In this document: one piece after another, positions 44,965 through 54,826 of the stretch
Layout: each line of letters begins with the position of its first letter
Position numbering within the stretch: position 1 is the stretch's first letter
Assembly: GCA_027923505.1 (NCBI GenBank)
Contig: BROI01000019.1
Location: 62,001 to 126,000, forward strand
Length of the DNA stretch: 64,000 nucleotides
Direction of reading: 5' to 3'
Source: Mayamaea pseudoterrestris
Lineage: Eukaryota
Program-made: the position numbers and the translations under genes
The notes under the pieces: model-generated
Seen by the model: only the letters and a program-made list of their open reading frames with translations
Database searches by the model: none
What the model was told of the DNA's origin: nothing

Positions 44965-46503
44965 ATGTCTCGTCCTCGGTGTCGATCGGTTACGCTCGCG
45001 GTGCTACTGCTGCAGACGTGTACAACATTCTCCGCTGCGTTTACACTGTCATCATCGCATGTTCGACGCCCCTCGACGCAACATCAATCATCATTGACAG
45101 CGCTACAAAGCAGCAATCAGAATACTCCAGACGACAATGAAATTAATAAACTGATTGGAAAGCGAGATCAAATCAAGCGCAAGCGGCAGGAGGACATGGA
45201 ACAAAAGGTGGAGCAGCTGGCGGAAAAGATTGGACCCGTGGTTGACTTTGACTTGGATTCACTGCCCGAGTTTCAAACGTTGCGAATCGCGAGAAATAAC
45301 AAGGAAAGTGATGATAGCAGCAGCAAGACTAGATCAAAGGAAACTGACGCTAAAAAGCAGCAAGATTTTGCCATTATCGATTTCCTAGCCGACTACTCCG
45401 ACGAAAATGACTTTCACGTTCCCAACCGCATGGGCATTTCCACCGTCGCATGGGGTGACGCTTCGCGCAACTTTGTGCTATCGAGTGGAGGCGGCAAGTC
45501 GAAATCCACAAAACTGTCCAAGCAAATGATGCAGGCTGGCAAGTTTGTTGCCGGCGACGTGTTGCTGGCGCATCGAACTTGCTTAATGGGCGGATTGAGT
45601 TTGATCGAAACAAGCTCCAGCTACGGCGCCAGTGCCGGCAAGCAGCAACAATCCTCCTGCGACTTGGTGCAGCAGTGCTTGAGTGCGGCGCAAGCTGATG
45701 GTTTGCCGGAAACGCTACTGGTGGCATCGGCGCAGTCAAACGCGCCGTGGAACAAAATAGTGGCGCCGTGGCGTCCCAACAAGGTAGTTTCTGATTTGGA
45801 ATCGACGCTGACGAGCATGAAGATGGAAATGCTGGAATTGTTCACACTGCCAAAGTCGCGTTTCGCGCCATCCGCAATGGTGGCCAAGTCTCTGGCGGCT
45901 GCCATTGAATCTGGACTCTGTCTCTACGTGGGAGTGGAAGGTGAGACCAGCGCCGGAACCTTGAAACGCATACAACGAAAACTGGAGGACCGAGACGTCA
46001 TATTGACGAGCAACACGTTTGAATTTTCACTGACCAATCGCAAGCACGCCAAAATGTTGGACGTTTGCAAGTCGCTTGGTGTCATTCCATTGATTCGCAA
46101 TCCACTCGACGGCGGACTAGCATCCGGTGTTTACACGGCCACGAATCCTTCCGGAGGCCAAGCTGGAACGGCGCGCGGCAAGTTTTCGTTCAAGCAGCTG
46201 GATAAACTCCAACCGCTGCATAGCGTTTTGGAGACGGTGGCTGAACGCGTGGAAACGCGAGTGCGACGAGAGGCGAACAACGTCAAGGAAAAGTTTCAGT
46301 CACGTGCTGGACCACCAAAGATCAATACGGATATAACAACGACGCAAGTGGCTCTTCACTATGTCATTGCCAAGGGTGGCGTGCCATTACCAGAAGTGAA
46401 TACGCTAAAGCAAGCTAATGAAGTGTTGGGCTGTTTAGGATGGACATTGACGGACGAAGAAGTCAGCATGTTGGATTCAGCAGCGGCCTTGTGTGAGCTA
46501 TAA
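44965..46503 (+). CDS. Plastid-targeted aldo-keto reductase-like protein
   Basis: Signal peptide ending FSAA-F; NPLDGGLASG, TQVALHYVIAKG and LGCLGWTLT AKR C-terminal motifs. Confidence 0.75.
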   Translation: MSRPRCRSVTLAVLLLQTCTTFSAAFTLSSSHVRRPSTQHQSSLTALQSSNQNTPDDNEINKLIGKRDQIKRKRQEDMEQKVEQLAEKIGPVVDFDLDSLPEFQTLRIARNNKESDDSSSKTRSKETDAKKQQDFAIIDFLADYSDENDFHVPNRMGISTVAWGDASRNFVLSSGGGKSKSTKLSKQMMQAGKFVAGDVLLAHRTCLMGGLSLIETSSSYGASAGKQQQSSCDLVQQCLSAAQADGLPETLLVASAQSNAPWNKIVAPWRPNKVVSDLESTLTSMKMEMLELFTLPKSRFAPSAMVAKSLAAAIESGLCLYVGVEGETSAGTLKRIQRKLEDRDVILTSNTFEFSLTNRKHAKMLDVCKSLGVIPLIRNPLDGGLASGVYTATNPSGGQAGTARGKFSFKQLDKLQPLHSVLETVAERVETRVRREANNVKEKFQSRAGPPKINTDITTTQVALHYVIAKGGVPLPEVNTLKQANEVLGCLGWTLTDEEVSMLDSAAALCEL

Positions 46504-46696
46504 CATGCAATATATGTAGACTAAATTTGTGTGGAGTTCATGCGCTAGCCTCCTAGCGATCCAAAGCGGTTATCGATTATTCGCATAAACGCGCATTGTG
46601 TAATGTAGCAGTAGTTTTAAAACAAACAGTTTGAAAATCGGAAACTCGATCAACATTAATTATTTTTGACCACTGCATGATACTCAGCAAATGGTA

Positions 46697-49192
46697 TTAC
46701 AAGACGCTGGAGAAGGGATTGAACGAGCAACCAGCGTGCTGTATAGCTTCCAAGGCGCGCCGAGCACGCTCCTCCTGTCGAGCCAATTCTGCAGATCGTT
46801 GATCCTTCAAGCGAGAGCGAACTTCCTGACTGTAGGCGGCACGCTCCTCGTTGGCCTTTTGAGATCGCCATTGAAAGTGACGACTCTTCTCCTTGGCGCG
46901 CAAGGCGAGGGACATGCGACGGCGCTGCTTACATTCGCGAATATATTCCTCAACATCTTGACGAGCTTGTGTTTCTAGCTCAAAGTTGGAATGGTTGTAT
47001 TGTTGTTCTTGCAGCTGCTGTTCCTTGGCTTCAATTCGACGGACATGCGCTTCTTTGCCACGATATTGGAGCGACGTTCGATCGCGGGCAGCACACTTGC
47101 TATTGTACTGGTCGACATCCTTTTGGGCACCAGCCTTCCACTCTTCGTCGGCAGATTGCTGCTGAAGCTCCTTCTCGCGCAACTCCTTTTCGACCTGGCG
47201 ATGATGCTGGGATTGCTCACCTCGAAGCTGGAGCGAGTTGCGGCGATCCTCCTCCAAACTAGCCAGATACTTCTTAGCATCCTCCTCGCCAGCCCACTTG
47301 AGAACCAATGACTCGCGTTCTTTTTCCAACGCCAGTGATTCAAGCTCCTTCATGACTTTTGCACGACGAAAGGCTTCTTTGTTGCGCCAAGCCAAGGATT
47401 CGCGATGCTCCGCCTCCAACTGGCGTTTGTATTCCGCCGCATCCTTTTCACCTGCCCACTTGAGCTCTAAATTTTCATGTTCGGCAGCAATGAGTTGATC
47501 GCGATGCTGATCTTGCTGCAGGCGCTGCCGTAAGGCGTAGTTGTTGCGTTGGGCAAGACTTTGGCGCCGTCGCGCATCCTCCTGACGACGGTACTCGTCG
47601 GCATCTCGCTCGCCATCAAGCTTGAGCTGAATACTCTTTGATTCAAGTGCTTGTTCCTTCTCTTGCTGCGTGCGAGTGAGCTCGCGTCGATGCTTTGCTT
47701 CCTTGTTGGCCAACGCAAGGTTTTCGCGCTCCGTTTGCTCTAACTGACGCTTGTACTCCTCTACATCTTTTTCGGCAGCCCACTTTAGTTGGTATGAATC
47801 ATGCTCAGCTGCAAGCTGTTCGCTTCGTTCCATCATTTCCTGCTTGCGAATCAATCGAGCATGCTCGTTGCGTTGCGCCAAACTCTGGCGCTGTTCCTTC
47901 TGCAACTGGCGTTGATAGTCGTCCGCATCCTTTTGCGCCTGCCACTTGAGCTCCAAAGAAGCATGTTCCGCTGCTGCCGCTTGATTCTGTCGTTGCTCCT
48001 CCTCCTGACGAATCATTCGCGCGTGTGCGTTGCGGTTTGCCAAACTGAGTCGTCGCTCCGCCTCCAATTTATGCTTTTCCTCGTCAACGTCACGCTCCGC
48101 TGCCAGTTTAAGCTGAATGCTCGCAGACTCTTGTTCAAGTCGCTCGGATTCCATTTGCTGGTGCAGCAGGCGAATGCGACGGGCATCACCGTTGCGAAAG
48201 GCAAAGCTTTGACGACGATTCTCCGCGTACTGCTGTTTGGCATTCATTTGCATGCGACTCGCTTCGTAACGCTCTTCGTAGAGAATCTCATCTTCCTGAA
48301 TCAGCTGCAGTTTGAGTTGCTCCTGACCTTGCTTGTTATTGTTTCGCAAACGTGTTCGCGCCGCAATGGACATGCGCCGACGGCTCTCTCGTTCGTCTTT
48401 CAAAGCTTGCTGGTGGTCGCGAAACACGGCTGACTTGAACTGAGATTCATGTTCCAGTTGCTCCAACTGCTGCGCTTTATTGTCTTGTTCCTTTTGCGCC
48501 TTTGTTTGACTCTTGTTGGATGACAATGTTTGCTGCAATCGCAAAAGACGAAGGCGCTGCTGGTTTGACTGCTGATGAAACGACTCTGCTTCCAATTTGT
48601 CATGCATCCATTCTTGTTTGAGTTGCATCGTTTGCTGAAACTTAATATGGTTTGTCTCCTGTTTCGCTTTACGAGCAGCATTCATTGTTGGATTGATACT
48701 CATGGCTGACTTTACCGACGCAGATGCTTGTTGAATGGCGTCTTGAGTCTTTTTGACGCGATCCTTGTCGAATCGCCGAAAGGTAGTAGCTGGACGTTGC
48801 TGCTGCTGCGGAATGCGCTTTGGAGCGACTGCTTTCGTAGTGGATGCAAGCGAGTTGACCGACAATGGAAACGGCGCATTTTCTTTTTCCTTGTGCGTGG
48901 TCGTTTGAATAATTTTGTCAAAGGGCAAGTTGTTCGTCACGTTGCGTCGCGTAGTTGTAGCAGTTGCTGCAATGGAAGTATCTGTCGATTTGTCGAGCAA
49001 GTCTGGCGACTGCATGTTCTTCTTCTTGTCTGATCCATGCGCAAGGGATTCATTTGGAGAGCTATGATGCTCGCGACTAAAATCGGGAGACGGCGAATAG
49101 ACGAGACTCAAATCGCTCACATCTCCGTCGTCCTCCTCCAAAATGACGTCTCCAAAAACACTGTAAGCCTTTTCCAGTTTACTGTTCGACAT
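46697..49192 (-). CDS. Coiled-coil protein with about ten 54-aa repeats
   Basis: 831-aa E/Q/R/K-rich ORF; recurring LKWxxxKDxxxY..RRxSLAxRN unit. Confidence 0.75.
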   Translation of the reverse strand: MSNSKLEKAYSVFGDVILEEDDGDVSDLSLVYSPSPDFSREHHSSPNESLAHGSDKKKNMQSPDLLDKSTDTSIAATATTTRRNVTNNLPFDKIIQTTTHKEKENAPFPLSVNSLASTTKAVAPKRIPQQQQRPATTFRRFDKDRVKKTQDAIQQASASVKSAMSINPTMNAARKAKQETNHIKFQQTMQLKQEWMHDKLEAESFHQQSNQQRLRLLRLQQTLSSNKSQTKAQKEQDNKAQQLEQLEHESQFKSAVFRDHQQALKDERESRRRMSIAARTRLRNNNKQGQEQLKLQLIQEDEILYEERYEASRMQMNAKQQYAENRRQSFAFRNGDARRIRLLHQQMESERLEQESASIQLKLAAERDVDEEKHKLEAERRLSLANRNAHARMIRQEEEQRQNQAAAAEHASLELKWQAQKDADDYQRQLQKEQRQSLAQRNEHARLIRKQEMMERSEQLAAEHDSYQLKWAAEKDVEEYKRQLEQTERENLALANKEAKHRRELTRTQQEKEQALESKSIQLKLDGERDADEYRRQEDARRRQSLAQRNNYALRQRLQQDQHRDQLIAAEHENLELKWAGEKDAAEYKRQLEAEHRESLAWRNKEAFRRAKVMKELESLALEKERESLVLKWAGEEDAKKYLASLEEDRRNSLQLRGEQSQHHRQVEKELREKELQQQSADEEWKAGAQKDVDQYNSKCAARDRTSLQYRGKEAHVRRIEAKEQQLQEQQYNHSNFELETQARQDVEEYIRECKQRRRMSLALRAKEKSRHFQWRSQKANEERAAYSQEVRSRLKDQRSAELARQEERARRALEAIQHAGCSFNPFSSVL

Positions 49193-49909
49193 GATGCAAA
49201 TCTAAATATCAGACTCTCGGCGTATGATTGATTGTCAGAATCGCTATTGTCGCTAATAAGCTGGAATTTGGTGCAGCAAAGTGCAGACGAATGCAAATTG
49301 GATGGCAGGCGCGATCAACAGGTCGTTACTTGCAAGTCAGAATTTTAAATCAGCTTGATACTAAAAACTCTTTGCTTTTAATTCTGGTAATAGTAGTAGG
49401 CAATCGAGACTGGCGGTGATAGTCTGTTGCAATTCCAAAGACGACGGATCGAGTGTCATCCATGGTCGACTGCATCCAGCAACGACATTTCAGTGGTGTT
49501 ACGACGTCAAACCGTTGCAGGCAAGGCTCGCTCGCCACGGGGCAGGCAGTTTCCGTGGGCTCATCTCACATTCTCAAGTTGCATGATCGTAAGCTATACC
49601 GCTATAATATTTCTATACCTCCCACATGTATGTATCGGCATGTTTGTAAGTGATAAACGAGTAGATATATCATTTTGGCAGTAGCAGCTTCTGAATCCTG
49701 GCGTGAACGAGTCGGTATCTTTGGACCCCTCCTTCACAATCCACGAACGCGATCCGACATGATGACGTTTGGGTTAGTCAGGAAGAATTTCCGTCGACCT
49801 CCCATCACAACATCAATCAAGGTGTTCCCGCATATTGTGCATGTAACAGTCAACAATATACATATATACATGACATAAGATAACAATCAGTCAACCACTT
49901 TCCATTTGG

Positions 49910-50878
49910 ATGCAACTTGGCAGCTTGTTCTTCACTCTGGGAGCCGTGCACGCCGACATTCTCGTCATTCGCTTCTTCATGGTGAGCGCCTATTCTTGCC
50001 TCTTTCTCCAAGCCGTCTTGGGTGGACCGCTCTGGCCGTATGCAGCAGATACAAGCAATGAAAGTTTAAAACTAGACGCGCTGCTATGGTCAATACTAAA
50101 CTTGTACTTGCATGGATTTTCCTTGGTTGTTTTGTTGACCGACGAAGCCAAAGTACAATTGACCGACGATCAAGCTGCACTCTGGCGACTCTTTTACCGA
50201 ACTGGTGGCATGTCGGAGCGAATTTTCTACGAAGTCATGGTTTCCAATGGGCATGTGCAAGTTGTCGAGTGCGACGCAGACACAACTCTGGACACAGACA
50301 ATCACTTTTACATTCTCTATCAAGGCAGCGTCACAATGCACATTCAGGATGCGCGTGGAGAATCCATTGACCGACAAGTAGGCAGGGGCGAAATTTTTGA
50401 TTTCAAGCATCTTGGGATGCTCAACCAAAGCAAATACTTCCAGGAAACGTTTATACGCTGCGAAACAAAGACCAAGGCCAAGTTCTTCCAATTCAGCAAA
50501 GATTCCATGTCGCAAATAGCTCACCACCCGCTTTCCAAGGTGGTTTGGCAGTCGCTTTTGATCAACAATCTGTCTAGAGCTGTGGCCAACGCTCGAAGAG
50601 GCAATTTGTTTGTGAGCGAGGAATGTGCCGACGACATTTTTGCGCCACTTGCAAGTTGGGAGCTGCCTGACGCTACAAAGGCTGGTTCGGGTCAAACGCT
50701 TCACCATCCATTCCAGTACATTTGGTTGTCCATGCGACGGTCCTGTTACTACCCGTGGCCATGTGGTCGGTCGACGCCTGGAATGCGGCAGACGCAGCTG
50801 GCGGCGCCAGTGTCATTGACAAACGTGTCGGCTGGATCCTCGCGTTCCGACATGGAACGCGCCGTATCATATCCGTGA
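49910..50878 (+). CDS. Popeye-domain-like membrane protein with a cyclic-nucleotide-binding fold
   Basis: Three N-terminal TM helices (DILVIRFF, DALLWSILN) followed by FYILYQGSV..GRGEIFD, a cNMP-like region. An upstream exon is possible. Confidence 0.6.
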   Translation: MQLGSLFFTLGAVHADILVIRFFMVSAYSCLFLQAVLGGPLWPYAADTSNESLKLDALLWSILNLYLHGFSLVVLLTDEAKVQLTDDQAALWRLFYRTGGMSERIFYEVMVSNGHVQVVECDADTTLDTDNHFYILYQGSVTMHIQDARGESIDRQVGRGEIFDFKHLGMLNQSKYFQETFIRCETKTKAKFFQFSKDSMSQIAHHPLSKVVWQSLLINNLSRAVANARRGNLFVSEECADDIFAPLASWELPDATKAGSGQTLHHPFQYIWLSMRRSCYYPWPCGRSTPGMRQTQLAAPVSLTNVSAGSSRSDMERAVSYP

Positions 50879-51321
50879 ATGTTTGCAGGTGCGCGATTCA
50901 AAGGGACCGATTGTGTTTGAACTGGAGCCTTTCATCGCAGCCAAAGTGAATCTAATCTTGATATGTTGGTGACAAAAAATAGCGCCAAGTTTTCGGCTCC
51001 ATTTTCGCCGTCTTCAAGCACTGCTACGCCACGCAACTTTTAAAATCTCCCAGTCTATTTGATCAGCTTCGTTGCAGCATTGCGTGTTGTCAGCTGCATT
51101 AAGATGGGGTCGAGTATAGAAGTAGTAGTAAAGCATCAAAAGCATCATTCAATTCCGCCGTTCACATAGCAAACCATGTCTTTTCAGTCCCGGAAGGATA
51201 CGCGCACGTTTGGAGTCGACGCTTTCGTGTCGTCGCATCGTCCGCTTTCCTCCTGCCACTTGCTATTCCTCGCTCTGTATTCTACAACCTTAATCCGATT
51301 TCAGCCTTATACATTAATTGT

Positions 51322-52857
51322 ATGCCTCTATTGACTTACTCGGGCCGTCCGCAAAACAAAAAGTGGGTTCGGTCAGCGGCCGCAACGTCCGCTGTTCCTC
51401 CTACATTTTCGACAAGTACTTCGGATGCTGTCACAACCATCAACAGCACAATCGAAACATTATATATGCAGCAATCAAATGAAACAATAGCCAAGAAGCA
51501 GCCTCGACTTTCTGGACCGCAGAATAGCAAATCGGTCCGACCTCATGCTGCGCCGTTGCTGAACAAACATGATTCTGCAGCACCTGCTACATCTGCTGCC
51601 AGTATTCGTGATGAGACTGCCACGAACGGAACGTCTCCGTTGCAAACTTTGATTGTAGAACCTGTCAAGAAGCGCCCGCAACTCTCTGGTCCACGTGTGA
51701 AGGATATAGCGGCTCGCCAAGGAAAGAGCTGGAAGCGGCCTAGAGACGACACTGCGGCTGCGTCTTCCGCTGCAACTCGTTTCGAAGCTTGTGTAAGTGA
51801 ACAAATTATTAGTTCTACTTGGAAACGTCCAATTGAAGTCACGCAACCACAAGCTGATGAAAAAATAGCGCAAGAAATGACTAGAGAAACAGAAAATGGT
51901 AGTCGTCATAACGGGCCAGCCAAACATCATTTGCGAACAAATTGCGTTGCATCATCTGCTGCGCAGACTTCACAGCAGCCCTTGATACGCCGCAATCACC
52001 ACTCGCTGCAAGTCGTCAAGCATGCTCTTCTATGCGATAATTCGAGAGCCTTGAACAAGGAAACTGTTTCCCTTGCAGGGTTGCAGCAGCAGCCTGCGGG
52101 GCCAAGTGCATCGTCACGCACTTGGAAAGGACCCAGGGTGGACCAAGAGAGTAAGGATGACGAAACGGATGAACGAGCCAAGAGCAGTGACATGAAGCCG
52201 CCGTTGACAAAGATTGCTCGCAACAAGTTGGTGACTAAAGTTCACGTACCGAGTACCGGACATGTACAAGCAACTCGTCAGAAAACGCGCGGCCCAACTG
52301 TGAAGCGCATCAAGCTATTATCGAAGCAAGAAAAAAACGAGTCGGCTGGATACTTGAAAGCAGATGAAGATGGCAGCGGGAGCGATGCCGGCGGCGGTGA
52401 CATGGAGCAGTCGCACGTTTCCAATGGTTGCGCACCCGCCTCGAACAAACAATATACCGACCATGCGTATCGCTCCATTGCGCCTCAACGCAAGCTCCAT
52501 GGCGACAAGTATCATGGACGCAACAATCAATTCCACAATGCGCTCGTGCGCGTCGATTCCTCCAAAACGGCCATTTGCCCCACCTTTTTGCGCGGGCGCG
52601 AGTGCACCAAGGAACGCTGCACCATGCGGCACGATGTTGCGCGCGAGCACTGTCGACCCATCTGCAGCTACTTTCAGCACCAGGGCATGTGCTTGCGTGA
52701 GAATTGTTTGTTTCGTCATGTCAAGTTGGAGCGAGATGCTCTTCCCTGTCCCAGTTTTGAAACGTATGGGTATTGCCTTGACGAAAAGTGTGTCATGATG
52801 CATAGCAGTCGTCCGTATAAGAAGAAGAAAGAAGCTGCGATGACAACTAAAAGGTAA
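51322..52857 (+). CDS. CCCH zinc-finger protein (ZC3H3/CPSF30-like fingers)
   Basis: Three C-terminal CCCH fingers (CPTF..C..C..H, CSYF.., CPSF..) after a disordered basic N-terminus. Confidence 0.75.
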   Translation: MPLLTYSGRPQNKKWVRSAAATSAVPPTFSTSTSDAVTTINSTIETLYMQQSNETIAKKQPRLSGPQNSKSVRPHAAPLLNKHDSAAPATSAASIRDETATNGTSPLQTLIVEPVKKRPQLSGPRVKDIAARQGKSWKRPRDDTAAASSAATRFEACVSEQIISSTWKRPIEVTQPQADEKIAQEMTRETENGSRHNGPAKHHLRTNCVASSAAQTSQQPLIRRNHHSLQVVKHALLCDNSRALNKETVSLAGLQQQPAGPSASSRTWKGPRVDQESKDDETDERAKSSDMKPPLTKIARNKLVTKVHVPSTGHVQATRQKTRGPTVKRIKLLSKQEKNESAGYLKADEDGSGSDAGGGDMEQSHVSNGCAPASNKQYTDHAYRSIAPQRKLHGDKYHGRNNQFHNALVRVDSSKTAICPTFLRGRECTKERCTMRHDVAREHCRPICSYFQHQGMCLRENCLFRHVKLERDALPCPSFETYGYCLDEKCVMMHSSRPYKKKKEAAMTTKR

Positions 52858-53082
52858 GAACAATGCGTGATTGCATGATAGAGTTGATTGAGTTGCTTGA
52901 AGCTGTTGCGTTACGAGTTGGAGGGTCTGGGAGATTGGCCGCTGCGTATATATTGTAAATACCGTAGCGATAATAGCAAAGTTATGAATATATTGCATCT
53001 ATGTGTAGCATAGCGTTGTAAGTAGCCTCCATGGATAAAGATGGAGAGAGGGCGAAGTGTAAGCAGCAGTAGCAGCCCTCCA

Positions 53083-54090
53083 TCACAAGAACGAGTCATC
53101 CCCCGACGACAAACTCGCCGAGTCTCCATAGTCAAGTAGCATTTCGCCTCCATCCAAGTATTCGTGATGGAGCGCCGCGTTCATGTATGCTTCTCCGCAA
53201 GTGCGAACGAGCAATATCTCAAAAGTCAGCAGGACGGACACAATGGCACTCGTCCAAACGACTATATCAATGCTTTCGTTGTCATCGTCTCCTTCATTCT
53301 TCTTTTCCATGATGCTAGTTACTACCATGTCAATGGCAATATATATACAAAAGGCCGCAAAGAGAATCATGGCAAGCACCATACATATCGTCGGCATGAC
53401 ATGGCTCCAGCGGCAGGCCCGATGCACCTGCTCCAACGGCAAACCGCTCCGTTTATGTTGCGGCAGCTGCAACACTTGTAGCTCCAGCAGTCCATCCAGC
53501 ATTGTCTCGTCGTGCGCCGGCACGGGGCCTTCAAAGGAAACTTGCGTCAAGTCGAATTGCATTGTGACGATTGGTAATCTTGTTGTTGGCGGCTTCCATC
53601 CCGACGTTTCCACAAAGTCAGACGCCAAGGTGCGGACGCGCTTGCGGACGCGCTTGTAAAAGGCTTGCGGACTCGCCTCGTCAAACGTCTTGTATTCAAT
53701 CACAACGTAGCATTCGGCTTCGGGACAGCAGTCGGTGTCGTTGCTGGTGCTGCTGCAGCATGAGGGACGACATTGCGTTTGCGATCCAAACTGCCGCGTG
53801 TATTGAATCGACCGACTGTCCACGGCGGCTCGAATCAAAATCCCGTCGCGCAGGTAGCGACGTAGCAGTAGATCCTCCTTGACGGAAAAGTAGCCAAGCA
53901 AGATTCCAAACAGGGAAAGTAGTAGCGCGCAAAGTAACGCAAAGGAAACGATAATGGCCGTGTCAAAGTCTGTCGTTGTCTCAATGACATCTTGCGTTAT
54001 GTCATCGCCCTCGGCGACATCTTCTGCAGTAGCTATTGTAATCGATGATATTATAACTGCCAACGTTACCAGTAGCCTTGTACGAAGCAT
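53083..54090 (-). CDS. Membrane protein with signal peptide and 3 TM helices, function unknown
   Basis: ATG at 54090 gives the signal peptide MLRTRLLVTLAVIISSITIATA; hydrophobic segments follow. Confidence 0.65.
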   Translation of the reverse strand: MLRTRLLVTLAVIISSITIATAEDVAEGDDITQDVIETTTDFDTAIIVSFALLCALLLSLFGILLGYFSVKEDLLLRRYLRDGILIRAAVDSRSIQYTRQFGSQTQCRPSCCSSTSNDTDCCPEAECYVVIEYKTFDEASPQAFYKRVRKRVRTLASDFVETSGWKPPTTRLPIVTMQFDLTQVSFEGPVPAHDETMLDGLLELQVLQLPQHKRSGLPLEQVHRACRWSHVMPTICMVLAMILFAAFCIYIAIDMVVTSIMEKKNEGDDDNESIDIVVWTSAIVSVLLTFEILLVRTCGEAYMNAALHHEYLDGGEMLLDYGDSASLSSGDDSFL

Positions 54091-54189
54091 GGTCCTGCTT
54101 ATGGTAACTGCATGACTCTCTTTCGCTCGCTCGTTCCAACTTGAACGCAACGGCTGATTACTGGCAGAGTTGTGATGGCGTTCCGTCAG

Positions 54190-54469
54190 CGATGGAACTT
54201 GGAATTCTCGTCCGTTGAAAACTGTTGAAAAACGTCGATGGCGCGGCGCGCGCTAGCGGCGCGGTCCCCTCACCTCATTCTTCGTTCAAGCAGTGAGCAC
54301 CATGATGGCGACTATGAACATGCTGCCGCCACCAAACCGAATATCTCGACAATTCCTGGCGTATTTAGCAGCTCTTTGGATAGTCTCTGATATTTATGGA
54401 AACGTAACAGCATTTTCCATCCAAACGTCGCGGCGAAACCGTGGCAGTGCCATGCAAATCATCAAGAGC
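54190..54469. repeat. 280-bp host-sequence direct repeat, left copy
   Basis: Matches 63548-63827 with one mismatch seen (A54412/G63770). Confidence 0.95.
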
Positions 54470-54826
54470 TTTTGGGATTCTGGATTGGTCGAAATGAGAG
54501 GTGGTGCTTTCAGGATTCCAAGTTCCTTCAAGCCACGCCAGCGGCGTTCGCAGCGAACAGCCTCTTCAATCTTTCCTTGTTCTTCGGTTCGGAGTGGCGC
54601 ATGTCCCGCGGGGCATTCACTGACAACTCCGAACTAGTCGTGGTCATCCGGAACAATGACCTTGATCGTGGATGACCATTTGGCCGCAAAGCACACGCAA
54701 CACACCAACAACGAACCAGTCTGCTCCTTTGATTGTTGTTGTTGCTGCAGCTCATAATTCCTGGATCACCCCGAGTCTCCCGTCGAGACCAGTAATTATA
54801 GATTTTTAAGTCTTCCTCCCATCAAG

